Shown piece by piece: positions 18,623 through 27,937 of a stretch of 38,497 nt of DNA. The stretch comes from a bacterium. Lineage in GTDB: Bacteria > Zhuqueibacterota > Zhuqueibacteria > Zhuqueibacterales > Zhuqueibacteraceae. Location of the stretch: assembly GCA_044869275.1 (NCBI GenBank), contig JBIOXB010000203.1, positions 1 to 38,497 of the forward strand, given 5' to 3'. Within the stretch, counting starts at the first letter, position 1; every line of letters starts with the position of its first letter. Both the position numbers and the translations under genes were made by a program. The notes under the pieces are model-generated. The model was not told the DNA's origin. It searched no databases and saw only the letters and a program-made list of their open reading frames with translations.

Positions 18623-19801
18623 CTATTTTTGCCGAGAATAATCGATACGATAAATGCAATTGGCAAAATCATCCGAAACCAATAGCGAGCCATCAGGCAA
18701 TGCTTGCACATCCACCGGACGGCCCCAATACTTGTCCTGTTGCAGCCAGCCCGTGGCGAAGTGCTCATAGCTCACGGCGCGATTATCTTTGAGCTTGACG
18801 ACGGAGACGCGATAGCCGTTTGGGACAGAACGATTCCACGAGCCGTGCTCGGCAAAGAAGATTTGGTGATGATACTCCTGGGGAAATGATGCGCCAGTAT
18901 AAAACCGCATGCCCAACGGCGCCACGTGCGCCGGCAGCTCGATGGCGGCGGGCTGGAATTGCTCCTCGTCTCCGGCGATTTTGTAGGTGGTGTCGATCAC
19001 CGCCTTGCCGAAGCGATATGGAAACCCGAAATGCAGCCCGAGTCGTGGCGCGTGATTGAGTTCTTCGGGCGGCAGATCATCGCCCATCTCGTCCCGGCCA
19101 TTGTCCGTAAACCACAATTCTTTCGTAACGGGATGCCAGTCGAATCCGACCGTATTGCGGATGCCTTTGGCATAGATTTCCAATCCGGAACCATCGGGAT
19201 TCAGGCGCGTAATGGCTGCGAATATTTCTTCTTTACGTTCACAGGTGTTACAGGGAGCGCCGACGGGAACATAGAGCTTGCCGTCCGGGCCAAAACGGAT
19301 GAATTTCCAGCCGTGCCAAGTCTCGGAAGGATAGCGATCATAGACGACCCGCGGCTGAGGCGGCGCGTCGAGGTGATCCTCGATGTTTTCAAATTTGATG
19401 ACTCGGCTGATCTCGGCGACGTAGAGATCGCCCTGATGAAAGGCCACGCCATTCGGCATATTCAAATCCCGAGCCAGCGTGATCACCTCATCAGCGCTAA
19501 AGTCGTTGTTCTTATCGATCACCGCATAAACCTTGCCCGGCGCCTTCCCGCTCTGCTCGAAAGTGCCGACGAACAGTGTACCTTTGGCGCCGAGAGCCAT
19601 TGCACGCGCGCCCTCAACATTCTCCGCGTACATCATGATTTGAAATCCCGGCGGCAGCTTGATTCTGTTGAGATAATCCTTGGGGTTGACTTTCATGGGA
19701 TTGCTGACGGCGACGGTCTGCTGGGCTTGCGCTTGGCGTTCGGCGGGAGCAAAAAGGAGCGCAAAGACGATAGCAAGAATAGCAGAACATTTCTTTCGCA
19801 T
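18623..19801 (-). CDS. PQQ-dependent sugar/sorbosone dehydrogenase family (six-bladed propeller), secreted
   Basis: Signal peptide MRKKCSAILAIVFALLFA; HGWKFIRFGPDGKLYVPVGAPCNTC, GIRNTVGFDW, TDNGRD, HGSWNRS, GRPVDV. The ORF-track extension to 19978 runs through a MITE. Confidence 0.92.
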   Translation of the reverse strand: MRKKCSAILAIVFALLFAPAERQAQAQQTVAVSNPMKVNPKDYLNRIKLPPGFQIMMYAENVEGARAMALGAKGTLFVGTFEQSGKAPGKVYAVIDKNNDFSADEVITLARDLNMPNGVAFHQGDLYVAEISRVIKFENIEDHLDAPPQPRVVYDRYPSETWHGWKFIRFGPDGKLYVPVGAPCNTCERKEEIFAAITRLNPDGSGLEIYAKGIRNTVGFDWHPVTKELWFTDNGRDEMGDDLPPEELNHAPRLGLHFGFPYRFGKAVIDTTYKIAGDEEQFQPAAIELPAHVAPLGMRFYTGASFPQEYHHQIFFAEHGSWNRSVPNGYRVSVVKLKDNRAVSYEHFATGWLQQDKYWGRPVDVQALPDGSLLVSDDFANCIYRIDYSRQK

Positions 19802-19883
19802 GATGGGGTTGCCTTTGGTTAATCTTGACGTTTTTGTTTGGAAGGTCGGCTCCGCGGTTGCTGTCATTCTGAAAGAATCAAAT

Positions 19884-19977
19884 TGTGTGAAAACTTGGTA
19901 GGACCGCACTCTGAGCTTGTCGAAGGGTGCTAAGTTCAAAAATCCGGCTTCGACAAGCTCAGCCGGCGTTGAAACCA
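19884..19977. mobile_element. MITE family B copy 2 (truncated)
   Basis: Highly similar to the interior of 5941-6060; right TIR lost. Confidence 0.8.
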
Positions 19978-20057
19978 TGGCATGCTCTACGTACCAGCTC
20001 TTCGCCCGCCGTCATTTTGTTTTTGCCTGGGCAATACTCTTTAAAGCCTAACTTTTT

Positions 20058-20108
20058 ATGACGCAGAGCGTCATCTCATGCGTTCCACCGCAGAGCGGTG
20101 GAACGAGA
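20058..20108. repeat. REP-like double hairpin downstream of the aldo/keto reductase
   Basis: ATGACGC-AGA-GCGTCAT and CGTTCCACCGC-AGA-GCGGTGGAACG share a GCAGAGC loop. Confidence 0.75.
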
Positions 20109-20130
20109 GCTTTCACTAGAACGAGAGACT

Positions 20131-21105
20131 TCATTGCGACCATTTTGTCGGCTTGCGGTCCCAGCGATGCTTCTTCAACTCTCGCACCAGCGCGGGCGAA
20201 AGCGGCCCGGCAGCGCTGGCGGCGAGGTTGGCTTCCACGTGCTTGATTTTGCGCATGCCCGGAATAATCGTGCTCACCGCCGGCTCTGCCAAAATGAAAC
20301 GCAGCGCCATTTCGGGCATCGTCATGCCGGCAGGAATGAGGGGCCTCAGTGCCTCAGCGCGATCCACACTCGGATGGAGGTTTTCCGGAACAAAATAGAT
20401 ATTACGCCAATCGCCTTCAGGCCAGCGGCTGTTCTTGGTCAGTGTTCCGGTCAATGTTCCCTCGTCAAACGGCACGCGCGCAATGATCGCCACGTCATGC
20501 TTACGGCACGCGGGAAAAAGCTCGTCCTGAGGATTTTGATCAAAGATGTTATAAATGACTTGCACCGCATCGACGACGCCACTCTCCACGGTCTTGACGC
20601 CATTCCACGGCTCCCAGCGATTGAGGCTGACGCCAATGGCGTGGATCAACCCCTGCCGTTTAAGCTCCGTCAATTTATGAATCCAGCGATCATCCGCAAG
20701 CCAGAGGTCTTCCCACGTGTGAAATTGCATCAAATCAAAAGAACCCAGCCCGGCATTTTTCAAACTGCTTTCAACATATTGCTGAATGTGATCCGGCGGA
20801 TAGCAATCATCGAGTGAATACTCGCGCCGGCTCGGCCATTTGAGATTCTTCGGCGGAATCTTGGTGGCGGTGTACAGTTTACGGCCGGAATTGGCGCGTA
20901 CCAGGCTGCCCAACAGGCCTTCACTTCTGCCGGCACCATAGGCCCAAGCCGTGTCGAAAAAATTGCAACCCAGCTCCACGGCTCGCTGCAACCCCTGCAT
21001 CGACTCTTCATCATCTGATCCGGTCCATCCGCCCATCCCCCACATGCCGTAGCCGATCTCGCTGATTTGCCATCCTGTGCGGCCGAAAGCCCGGTATTTC
21101 ATCAT
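20131..21105 (-). CDS. Aldo/keto reductase
   Basis: SEIGYGMW, FFDTAWAYG.G.SE, ATK, DLMQFH, QVIYN, IPGMR; AAGGAG RBS before ATG 21105. Confidence 0.94.
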   Translation of the reverse strand: MMKYRAFGRTGWQISEIGYGMWGMGGWTGSDDEESMQGLQRAVELGCNFFDTAWAYGAGRSEGLLGSLVRANSGRKLYTATKIPPKNLKWPSRREYSLDDCYPPDHIQQYVESSLKNAGLGSFDLMQFHTWEDLWLADDRWIHKLTELKRQGLIHAIGVSLNRWEPWNGVKTVESGVVDAVQVIYNIFDQNPQDELFPACRKHDVAIIARVPFDEGTLTGTLTKNSRWPEGDWRNIYFVPENLHPSVDRAEALRPLIPAGMTMPEMALRFILAEPAVSTIIPGMRKIKHVEANLAASAAGPLSPALVRELKKHRWDRKPTKWSQ

Positions 21106-21121
21106 CGTTCTCCTTATCAAT

Positions 21122-21190
21122 TGATTTATGATTCGCGATTGTCAATTTACAGAGGAATTATCAAGATCTGAAATCGCAAATCGTCAATCA
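21122..21190. repeat. Degenerate heptamer inverted-repeat hairpin
   Basis: TGATTTATGATTCGCGATTG is imperfectly complementary to AAATCGCAAATCGTCAATCA. Confidence 0.6.
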
Positions 21191-21232
21191 TTTCAAGCCT
21201 CCTCATTTTCATAGAAATTTTGACTCTACCGT

Positions 21233-21838
21233 TTAGAGCACACCAAACGCATGCAATTCCTGCAGTAGTTGCGGAGCGCTTTGAAAATGAACTGTGTGTA
21301 GGCCCAAATGCCTGGCCGTGGCAATATTATCCGCCCAGTCATCGATATAGACCGCCCTGCTTGCTTCGATCTTATATCTCCCCAACAAAATATGAAAGAG
21401 CGCGGGATCCGGCTTGGCGACCTTCTCTTCGCCCGAGACCACGATGCCGTCGAATTCGTGTAAAAAGCCGAAGCGTTTTTTTGCGGTCGGAAAGGTCTCT
21501 GCGTACCAATTGGTCAGAGCATAAGCCGGCCGGCCCGTGGCTTTGATCTGTCGAAAGATTTCGACGCTCTCCCAATGCGGCTCGCCGAGCATTTCTTCCC
21601 AGCGTTGATGATAGGCTTCGATGGAGGCGCGATGCTGCGGGTACTGTTTTATCAAAATGGCCACGCCTTCATGAAAAGGCCGGCCAGCATCTTGCTGTGC
21701 GTTCCATGCGGGCGTGCAAATGTGCGACAGAAAGTGCTCGATCTCAGCCTCGCTGCTCATGAGCTTACGGTAGAGATAGCGCGGGTTCCAGTCGATCAAA
21801 ACGCCGCCGAGGTCGAAGATGACGGTTTGGATATGCAC
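21233..21838 (-). CDS. HAD family phosphatase (YihX-like)
   Basis: DLGGVLIDW, LTNW, KPD and IDD motifs. Confidence 0.92.
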   Translation of the reverse strand: MHIQTVIFDLGGVLIDWNPRYLYRKLMSSEAEIEHFLSHICTPAWNAQQDAGRPFHEGVAILIKQYPQHRASIEAYHQRWEEMLGEPHWESVEIFRQIKATGRPAYALTNWYAETFPTAKKRFGFLHEFDGIVVSGEEKVAKPDPALFHILLGRYKIEASRAVYIDDWADNIATARHLGLHTVHFQSAPQLLQELHAFGVL

Positions 21839-21874
21839 GTGGTTGGATTTCCTTTAATGGTCTGAACGCCAAAA

Positions 21875-22154
21875 TTAAAGCGAGGCAAGGGCAATGAAAA
21901 TCTGCTCATCTTCGGTTTCGGCGATTTCGTAAATAGCACAAATGTTGGGATGGTCGAGTGCCGAGGCTACTTGGGCTTCGTGGATAAAACGCTCTTGGGC
22001 CTCTTCGTCGCGGCTCAGTTCCGCAGCGTGGAATTTGAGTGCGTCCCGCCACTGCGGGATTGAGCTTGGTGTCTTCGGCTTTGTACACCACACCCATACC
22101 GCCACCGCCGAGTTTTTCGATGATTCTGTAGTGGGAGATGATTTGGCCGGTCAT
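21875..22154 (-). pseudogene. Ser/Thr kinase N-lobe remnant
   Basis: [31 protein letters not shown], then a frameshift, then ALKF...[23 protein letters not shown], then a stop. Paralog of the kinase starting at 31522. Confidence 0.9.
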
Positions 22155-22271
22155 TTCGTCTTCGACCATTTAGCCTTTCTATCTACACTTTGGCAAGAGT
22201 GCCATGGCAGTTCTGCATTGAATGTAGTTGAAATGCCACCAAAATCAAGTGCAGAAGTGTTGAGAAAGCCC

Positions 22272-22300
22272 TTGATTGCTTGGTATGAAATCCCTATTTT
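22272..22300 (+). promoter_or_regulatory. Candidate sigma70 promoter for hicBA
   Basis: TTGATT-17 nt-TATTTT, about 35 bp upstream of the hicB ATG. Confidence 0.3.
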
Positions 22301-22334
22301 ACATGCGATAAGTTTTCAAAATTGGAGACAAGCT

Positions 22335-22622
22335 ATGAGAATAGATCTTCATATAGACTATTTTGAAGAAGACGGCACCATCGTCGCCCTGTGTCCTGAG
22401 TTACAGATTTCCAGTTTTGGCGATACATTGGATGAAGCTGAAAAGAGCATTAAGGAAGCAATGGAGCTCTTCTTTGAAGGTTGCGAAACGCTTGGCACAC
22501 TCAACGAGGTGTTGGAAGAATCCGGATTCAGAAAAGTCGGAGATAAATGGGTTCAGCGTCAACCGATTAAGACGATGAGAACAACCTTGCAACGCTCCGT
22601 CGGAGCAGCCTTTTATGCCTAA
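22335..22622 (+). CDS. hicB: HicB family antitoxin (short)
   Basis: EEDGTIVALCPELQISSFGDTLDEAEKSIKEAMELF is a HicB N-domain pattern; GGAG RBS before ATG 22335. Confidence 0.88.
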   Translation: MRIDLHIDYFEEDGTIVALCPELQISSFGDTLDEAEKSIKEAMELFFEGCETLGTLNEVLEESGFRKVGDKWVQRQPIKTMRTTLQRSVGAAFYA

Positions 22623-22848
22623 GCTCGTACCAATTCACTATGAAAAGTTAATCAAAGTGTTTGAGCTTGAGGGTTTTCAAGTTGCACGAAAAAGAGGCGA
22701 CCATATTATGATGACGAAACCTGGGATCAGACGGCCAGTGGTCATTAAAACCAGCCCGAGAGAAGTACCCGTTACTCACATCAAAACCAACCTCACCTCC
22801 GCTGAAATCTCTCGCGAAAGATACTTTGAGTTGCTGGACAAGATTTGA
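22615..22848 (+). CDS. hicA: HicA family toxin
   Basis: 77 aa, basic; LIKVFELEGFQVARKRGDHIMMTKPG carries the conserved G-x-H; overlaps hicB. Confidence 0.88.
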   Translation: MPKLVPIHYEKLIKVFELEGFQVARKRGDHIMMTKPGIRRPVVIKTSPREVPVTHIKTNLTSAEISRERYFELLDKI

Positions 22849-23003
22849 TCATCGCCATGCTTTTTTCTCATTTGCACTCTCTGAACCCACTTCTAGTTCA
22901 ATCAATCTTCAAAATCTGCGGATGAATCTGGTCTTGCGACTCTTTCGAATGGGAGAATCCAGGACGATCTTCGAGATTTTCCGAGAATTTTGCGCTTTTT
23001 AAA

Positions 23004-24710
23004 TCATAAATTACCACGGTTCATCTCTTTCACAACATAATCGCACGCTCTCGCCGTCAGCGCCATGTAGGTAATCGACGGATTCTGGCAGGCGGAAGAA
23101 GCCATGGCCGCGCCGTCGGTGACAAAAAGATTTGGCACGTCGTGCGTCTGGCCATAGCCGTTGAGCACCGAGGTTTTGGGATCACGGCCCATGCGCGCGG
23201 TACCCATTTCGTGAATGCACAGCCCGGGAGGAGCGTCGGTATTATTGAAGATCTCAACCTTTTTGACGCCTGCGGCTTCCAGCATTTCAGCGGCGCAGCC
23301 CGCGATATCGCCACGCATTTTTTTCTCGTTCTCGCCCCACGTGCAATGAATCTTGAGCTGCGGAATCCCCCACTGGTCTGTTCTTGATCGATCCAGCTCG
23401 ACGTAATTTTCATAACGCGGCAGGCACTCGCCAAAGCCGGAAAACCGCATGCGCCAGGGCCCCGGCTCACGCAGTGCGTGCTTGAATTCAGCACCCAAGC
23501 CCGGTGTGCTTGCGCCGCGCTCCCACCCCGTGCGCAGCGCGCCGCCTTGATAAGCGTAACCGCGAACAAAATCCGGATGCCGATCCTTCACATTGCGAAA
23601 GCGTGCGATGTAGATGCCGTTGGGACGGTAGCCGTGATAGTATTCTTGCTCGAAACCCGGCATCTCACCGTAAGCGCCGACTTGGTAGGTGTGATCCATG
23701 AGATAATGACCCAGTGCGCCGCTGGAATTGGCCAGGCCGTTTGAGAAGCGCGGCGTGGAGGAATTCAGCAGAACTTGCGTCGATCCCAAAGTCGAGGCGC
23801 ACAGAAAAATGACGCGGCCATAAAATTCCAGAGCTTTATTGGTCTCGGCATCGATGACGCGCACACCCACGGCCTTGTCCTTTTTTTCATCAAAGATCAC
23901 GCTGTGCACGATGCTGTTGGCGCGAATGGTGAGCTTGCCGGTCGCTTGCGCCGCCGGCAGCGTGGCACTGAGGCTGCAGAAGTAAGAGCCGGTCGAGCAG
24001 CCGCGCTCGCACGGACCGCAAAAATGGCACTCGGCGCGGCCGTTGTGCTCGCGGGTCAATACCGCCACCCTGCCGATGGTCATGATGCGATCGGGGAAAT
24101 TCTTGTCGAGGTGCTCTTTCACCGCGCGCTCGGCGCAGTTCATTTCCATCGGCGGCAAAAATTTTCCGTCTGGCAATTGCGGAATGCGCTCGGTCTGTCC
24201 GCTGATGCCGACGAAAGTCTCCACATAATCGTACCACGGCGCAATGTCTTGATAGCGAATCGGCCAGTCCACGCCGAAGCCGTCGCGTGCATTGGCTTCG
24301 AAATCGAGATCGCTCCAGCGGTAGCATTGCCGGCCCCACATCAGGGAGCGCCCGCCGAGATGATACCCGCGAATCCAGGAAAATGGCTTGTCCGCATCGT
24401 GTGAGTATGGATTCAGTTTGTCGTTAACAAAGAATTGACGCGTGGCTTCGCCAAAGGCATAGCACTGGCTTTGCACCGAATAATCGGCTTCGTAAAGGTT
24501 GCGGTCGCCGTGGCCGCGAAAATGAAACTCCCATGGCGGTGTGTGCTCGGTGGTATAATCCTTTGCGTGCTCGAGATAACGCCCGCGCTCGAGCACCAGC
24601 GTCTGGAGTCCGCGCTCGGTGAGCTCCTTCGCAGCCCAGCCGCCGGTGATGCCCGAGCCGACGACGATGGCATCGTAGGATTGTGTCTTGGCTTGAGGGG
24701 TTGATTTCAT
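23004..24710 (-). CDS. GMC oxidoreductase (glycoside 3-dehydrogenase-like flavoprotein subunit)
   Basis: VGSGITGGWAAKELTE, GGRSLMWGRQ, CHFCGPCERGC Fe-S motif, HEMGTARMG, QNPSITYMALTARA. Confidence 0.94.
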   Translation of the reverse strand: MKSTPQAKTQSYDAIVVGSGITGGWAAKELTERGLQTLVLERGRYLEHAKDYTTEHTPPWEFHFRGHGDRNLYEADYSVQSQCYAFGEATRQFFVNDKLNPYSHDADKPFSWIRGYHLGGRSLMWGRQCYRWSDLDFEANARDGFGVDWPIRYQDIAPWYDYVETFVGISGQTERIPQLPDGKFLPPMEMNCAERAVKEHLDKNFPDRIMTIGRVAVLTREHNGRAECHFCGPCERGCSTGSYFCSLSATLPAAQATGKLTIRANSIVHSVIFDEKKDKAVGVRVIDAETNKALEFYGRVIFLCASTLGSTQVLLNSSTPRFSNGLANSSGALGHYLMDHTYQVGAYGEMPGFEQEYYHGYRPNGIYIARFRNVKDRHPDFVRGYAYQGGALRTGWERGASTPGLGAEFKHALREPGPWRMRFSGFGECLPRYENYVELDRSRTDQWGIPQLKIHCTWGENEKKMRGDIAGCAAEMLEAAGVKKVEIFNNTDAPPGLCIHEMGTARMGRDPKTSVLNGYGQTHDVPNLFVTDGAAMASSACQNPSITYMALTARACDYVVKEMNRGNL

Positions 24711-24843
24711 TCTTGTTTCACCTGTGAAGTTGGGAATTTATCACACAGAGCATCGCAAAGAAATGCTCTGCTTAAGCTTGGCGCACCTGTCCTGCACTAA
24801 CAGGATTGCACTTTTTCTTTTTGGCGCCGCCCGCAGGAGTTTC

Positions 24844-25410
24844 TCACGCCCAGGGCCGGCCAATTTGACTGAAAGGAATACAGCCGTCAAAATAACCCGG
24901 CGTAGGATCATAATGCAGCTCTTGCGTTATGCCCACTTCCGAAGTGTAATATCCGGCGAGTGTCATCCCTTTCAGCATTCCGAAGAATGGCGCTTCTTTC
25001 ACGCCGGCATCTCTGGCTGCAATAGCTTCGAGGTCCATTTTCGCGAGCAGCTCGGTTTTCTCTTCTGCGGAGGCCTCCGGAAAGCGTTTGCGGCATTGTT
25101 TCTGGCAGCGCTCCTCCAACTCCGTGAAGCCGGCCATGAAGCGGTCGCGATCTTCAGGCTTGAACCATTCCGCCAGCAGCAGGTCAATGAATTGATTGAC
25201 CTGCACCGCCTGCGCTCCGGGCGTGTCCGTCGCGGGAATGATCATGTCGGCGATGATCGTGACGATTTTGTCCTGTTCCGCGTTCAGTGCTTGTGGCGCC
25301 CACGGATTCCTGGGTTGATAACCGCTCAGCACGGCGTGGAGAACCGGCACGGAGACGGCACCACCCAGGAGCAAGGCGACGCGCTGCAATGCTTCTCTTC
25401 TGTTCATCAC
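24844..25410 (-). CDS. Gluconate 2-dehydrogenase subunit 3 family (Tat small subunit)
   Basis: NRREALQ twin-arginine signal; IIPATDTPGA; FFGMLKGMTLAGYYTSEVG. Confidence 0.93.
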   Translation of the reverse strand: MMNRREALQRVALLLGGAVSVPVLHAVLSGYQPRNPWAPQALNAEQDKIVTIIADMIIPATDTPGAQAVQVNQFIDLLLAEWFKPEDRDRFMAGFTELEERCQKQCRKRFPEASAEEKTELLAKMDLEAIAARDAGVKEAPFFGMLKGMTLAGYYTSEVGITQELHYDPTPGYFDGCIPFSQIGRPWA

Positions 25411-25471
25411 ATCCTCTTTTCCTCAAGGTAAAAACGGAAATAGTGAATTGATCGTCATGAAAAATCATTCA

Positions 25472-25500
25472 CCACGCTAATCAAAAAACCACGCGGAAAA
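25472..25500. repeat. Inverted-repeat arm downstream of the GxxExxY gene
   Basis: CCACGCTAATCAAAAAACCACGCGGAAAA matches the reverse complement of 26396-26424 at 25 of 29 positions. Confidence 0.8.
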
Positions 25501-25546
25501 TCTCTTGGGATAATTCAAGTGCCTTTGATATCCGCCCGCAATCCAA

Positions 25547-26349
25547 TCAACTCTTGGGAGCTCGAACTCCACTTATATCCACTTTTGATTTTCCAAAGTT
25601 GACAATCACACGATGCCCAGACTCAAAGCTTTCAAGTAACTTTGCATATTGGCAATATCAATTTGATCAATGCCTTGTCGTAAAGCTGTGATAACCAAAA
25701 GAATTCTGTCATCTACGATTAGGTGACGTAACCGATACGTACGAATTGTCCTGGCGGCGAATTTAACTGGAACAATGACATTCTTCAAAAAGGAGACTTT
25801 GAGGTAGTCCAATTCAGCCTCCACGATCTTTTGCCAAACCAGTTTGCCATAACCCAGTTTGTGTAAAATGGCAACGTCTTTGATCGTTTGCGTTATCTGA
25901 TCCAGAATGTGCTGATCGGCCTTGGTGATTCGATCTTTGATAAACTCATGATTCTCGATAAAGCCCGGGTCTCTTTCAGTAAAAACGTATCGCTTAATAT
26001 CAAGTTTTGGGAGGCCAAAATTCACCATCAAGCCGAGATCTTTTTGCCACAGTTTGAGCTCAGAGAAAAGCTGCACATAGTGAGCTTGCAAGAACTGGCA
26101 GCAGACACATTTGAGCGAAAGGATAATTTTGTCAAAGAGCAAAAAATCATTGATAAAATCTCGAATGACTCTCCCTCTATGCATCAGAGAACATCTCTCT
26201 TTCGATATGAACGGCATACTGTGGCGAGCAAAAGACAAGATCAAGCCCTGATGGTAAGTTTCCTCGTCGAAGCCTACTCCAATCTCTTTTCGCACCTCGA
26301 AAATGCAGGCACGAATTTGGTAAGTTAAATCTTCATGTAAAAGTCGCAT
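25547..26349 (-). pseudogene. Tandem two-domain GxxExxY protein with a C-terminal frameshift
   Basis: LLHEDLTYQIRACIFEVRKEIGVGFDEETY...GLMVNFG, then a degenerate second domain. The frame stops at 25606, but VIVNFGKSKVDI continues in a shifted frame to a stop at 25547. It may still make a near-complete protein. Confidence 0.8.
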
Positions 26350-26395
26350 AGCCCCACCCAATTCATCTAAATTCTTCCCCGAATAATATTGCCAT

Positions 26396-26424
26396 TTATC
26401 CGCGTGGTTTTTTAATCCGCGTGG
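26396..26424. repeat. Inverted-repeat arm upstream of the GxxExxY gene
   Basis: TTATCCGCGTGGTTTTTTAATCCGCGTGG; pairs with 25472-25500. Confidence 0.8.
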
Positions 26425-26518
26425 AATTGCTTCATTTCAGGTTCTGCGGTGAGTTATTTCCGTGAAGCGCCTACCCCGCGTGTTTCATGAACTGTAACGC
26501 CTCGGGCCAGCGCAGAGA

Positions 26519-26561
26519 AATGTTTCGTAGTCGCACACGACCGGCGCGACTACGAAACATT
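26519..26561 (-). terminator. Hairpin after the nucleoside permease
   Basis: Perfect 16-bp stem AATGTTTCGTAGTCGC / GCGACTACGAAACATT immediately after the stop codon. Confidence 0.7.
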
Positions 26562-26564
26562 CAA

Positions 26565-27776
26565 TCAAGCCGACTTCTTAGCGGGCTCGTCCTTAAACGA
26601 CAAAGCGAAAAACAATGCGATCGCCGCCGCAAAGGCGCACGGTACCAACCAAATGCCGGTCCAATCTTTCACTCCGTCTTTGGTAAAGGCATCGACGATA
26701 TTGCCGGAAAGAATCGAACCCAGGCCGATGCCGACGCCATAAGTGATCAAGGCGATAAATCCTTGCGCGCTGGCGCGGACGTCTTTGGGCGCCTTTTGGT
26801 CGACGTAGATTTGGCCGGTGACGAAGAAGAAATCATAGCAGACGCCGTGCAGCAGAATGCCGGCATAAAGCATCCAAGCCCAGGCGCCGAGATCGCCGTT
26901 GGCGAAAAAGGCGTAACGCACGACCCAGGCCAGCATGCCGACCAGCAGCATTTTCTTCACGCCCAAACGCACGAAGAACCACGGCATGAGCACCATAAAA
27001 ATCACTTCCGACATTTGCCCCATGCTCTGTTTGGCCGCCACGCCGGTCATGCCGAGCTCGTTGAGAAACAGGTTGGTAAAATTATAGTAGAAGGCAAGGG
27101 GGATGGAGATCAGCAAAGAGCACAGCACAAAGATGAGGAAGTTTCGTTCTTTGAGCAGGCGCAGCGCTTTGAGGCCGAGCACTTCGCCGATGGTCACGCC
27201 CTTGCCGACGTTCTGCGGCGGCGTATTCGGCAGCGTGAAAGAATACAATCCCATCACGATCGAAGCAAAGGCCGCCATTTTCATCGGCACTGAGCTCTTT
27301 TCAACATCAGGAATATAGTCGGAAAGTACGAACGTGATCACCAGGCCGGCAACAATCCAACCGATGGTTCCCCACACCCGCACTTTCGGAAATTGCTTGT
27401 CCGGGCTCTTCATTTGATTGAATGAAACCGCATTGACCAAGGCGAGCGTCGGCATGTACGAGAGATTGTACAGCAATAAGCTGCCGATCAACGTGCCCAC
27501 GGCCGTGAGGTCGGAGGCAAAGTACATGAGGAAGCCGCCAAGCAAATGCAGAACGCCCATGACTTTTTGCGAGGAAAAATACCGGTCGGCAATCATACCC
27601 ACAAAAAAAGGCGAGACGATCGCCGCGATGTTGTTCATGAGGTAAGTGTAGCCGATCTGGCTGCCGCTGAACCCGATGCTCCCCAAGTGCGTGCCCAACG
27701 TGACGAACCAGGCGCCCCAAACAAAAAACTGCAGGAACATCATCACACTTAGCTGCGCGTAGGTTTTGGTGCTCAT
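26565..27776 (-). CDS. NupG-like MFS permease (nucleoside:H+ symporter family)
   Basis: LSVMMFLQFFVWGAWFVTLG, RVWGTIGWI, GQMSEV, LHGVCYDFFFVTGQIY; GGAGG RBS before ATG 27776. Confidence 0.93.
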   Translation of the reverse strand: MSTKTYAQLSVMMFLQFFVWGAWFVTLGTHLGSIGFSGSQIGYTYLMNNIAAIVSPFFVGMIADRYFSSQKVMGVLHLLGGFLMYFASDLTAVGTLIGSLLLYNLSYMPTLALVNAVSFNQMKSPDKQFPKVRVWGTIGWIVAGLVITFVLSDYIPDVEKSSVPMKMAAFASIVMGLYSFTLPNTPPQNVGKGVTIGEVLGLKALRLLKERNFLIFVLCSLLISIPLAFYYNFTNLFLNELGMTGVAAKQSMGQMSEVIFMVLMPWFFVRLGVKKMLLVGMLAWVVRYAFFANGDLGAWAWMLYAGILLHGVCYDFFFVTGQIYVDQKAPKDVRASAQGFIALITYGVGIGLGSILSGNIVDAFTKDGVKDWTGIWLVPCAFAAAIALFFALSFKDEPAKKSA

Positions 27777-27828
27777 CCTTCCTCCTCTCTGCAAATTGGT
27801 TTGTGAGTTTGAACAACAGCGCTTCAAA

Positions 27829-27937
27829 TTGTTGGATTGTTGGATTGTTGGATTGGTGGATTGGTGGATTGATGGTGGCCAACAATCCAATAATCCAACA
27901 CTCCAGTACTCCATCAATCCATCAATCCAATGATCCA
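27829..27937. repeat. Octamer tandem repeats arranged as a large hairpin
   Basis: About six (TTGkTGGA) units, a GGCC centre, then about seven (CAATCCAw)-like units; overlaps the DUF1080 stop codon. Confidence 0.92.

Noticed and set aside
19802..19978. N-terminal extension of the dehydrogenase ORF, and the similar 67-aa ORF at 5838-6041
   Set aside because: Both read through MITE family B; the signal peptide begins at 19801.
21942..22334. 226-aa long form of HicB
   Set aside because: The extension is antisense to the kinase remnant; RBS and domain start at 22335.
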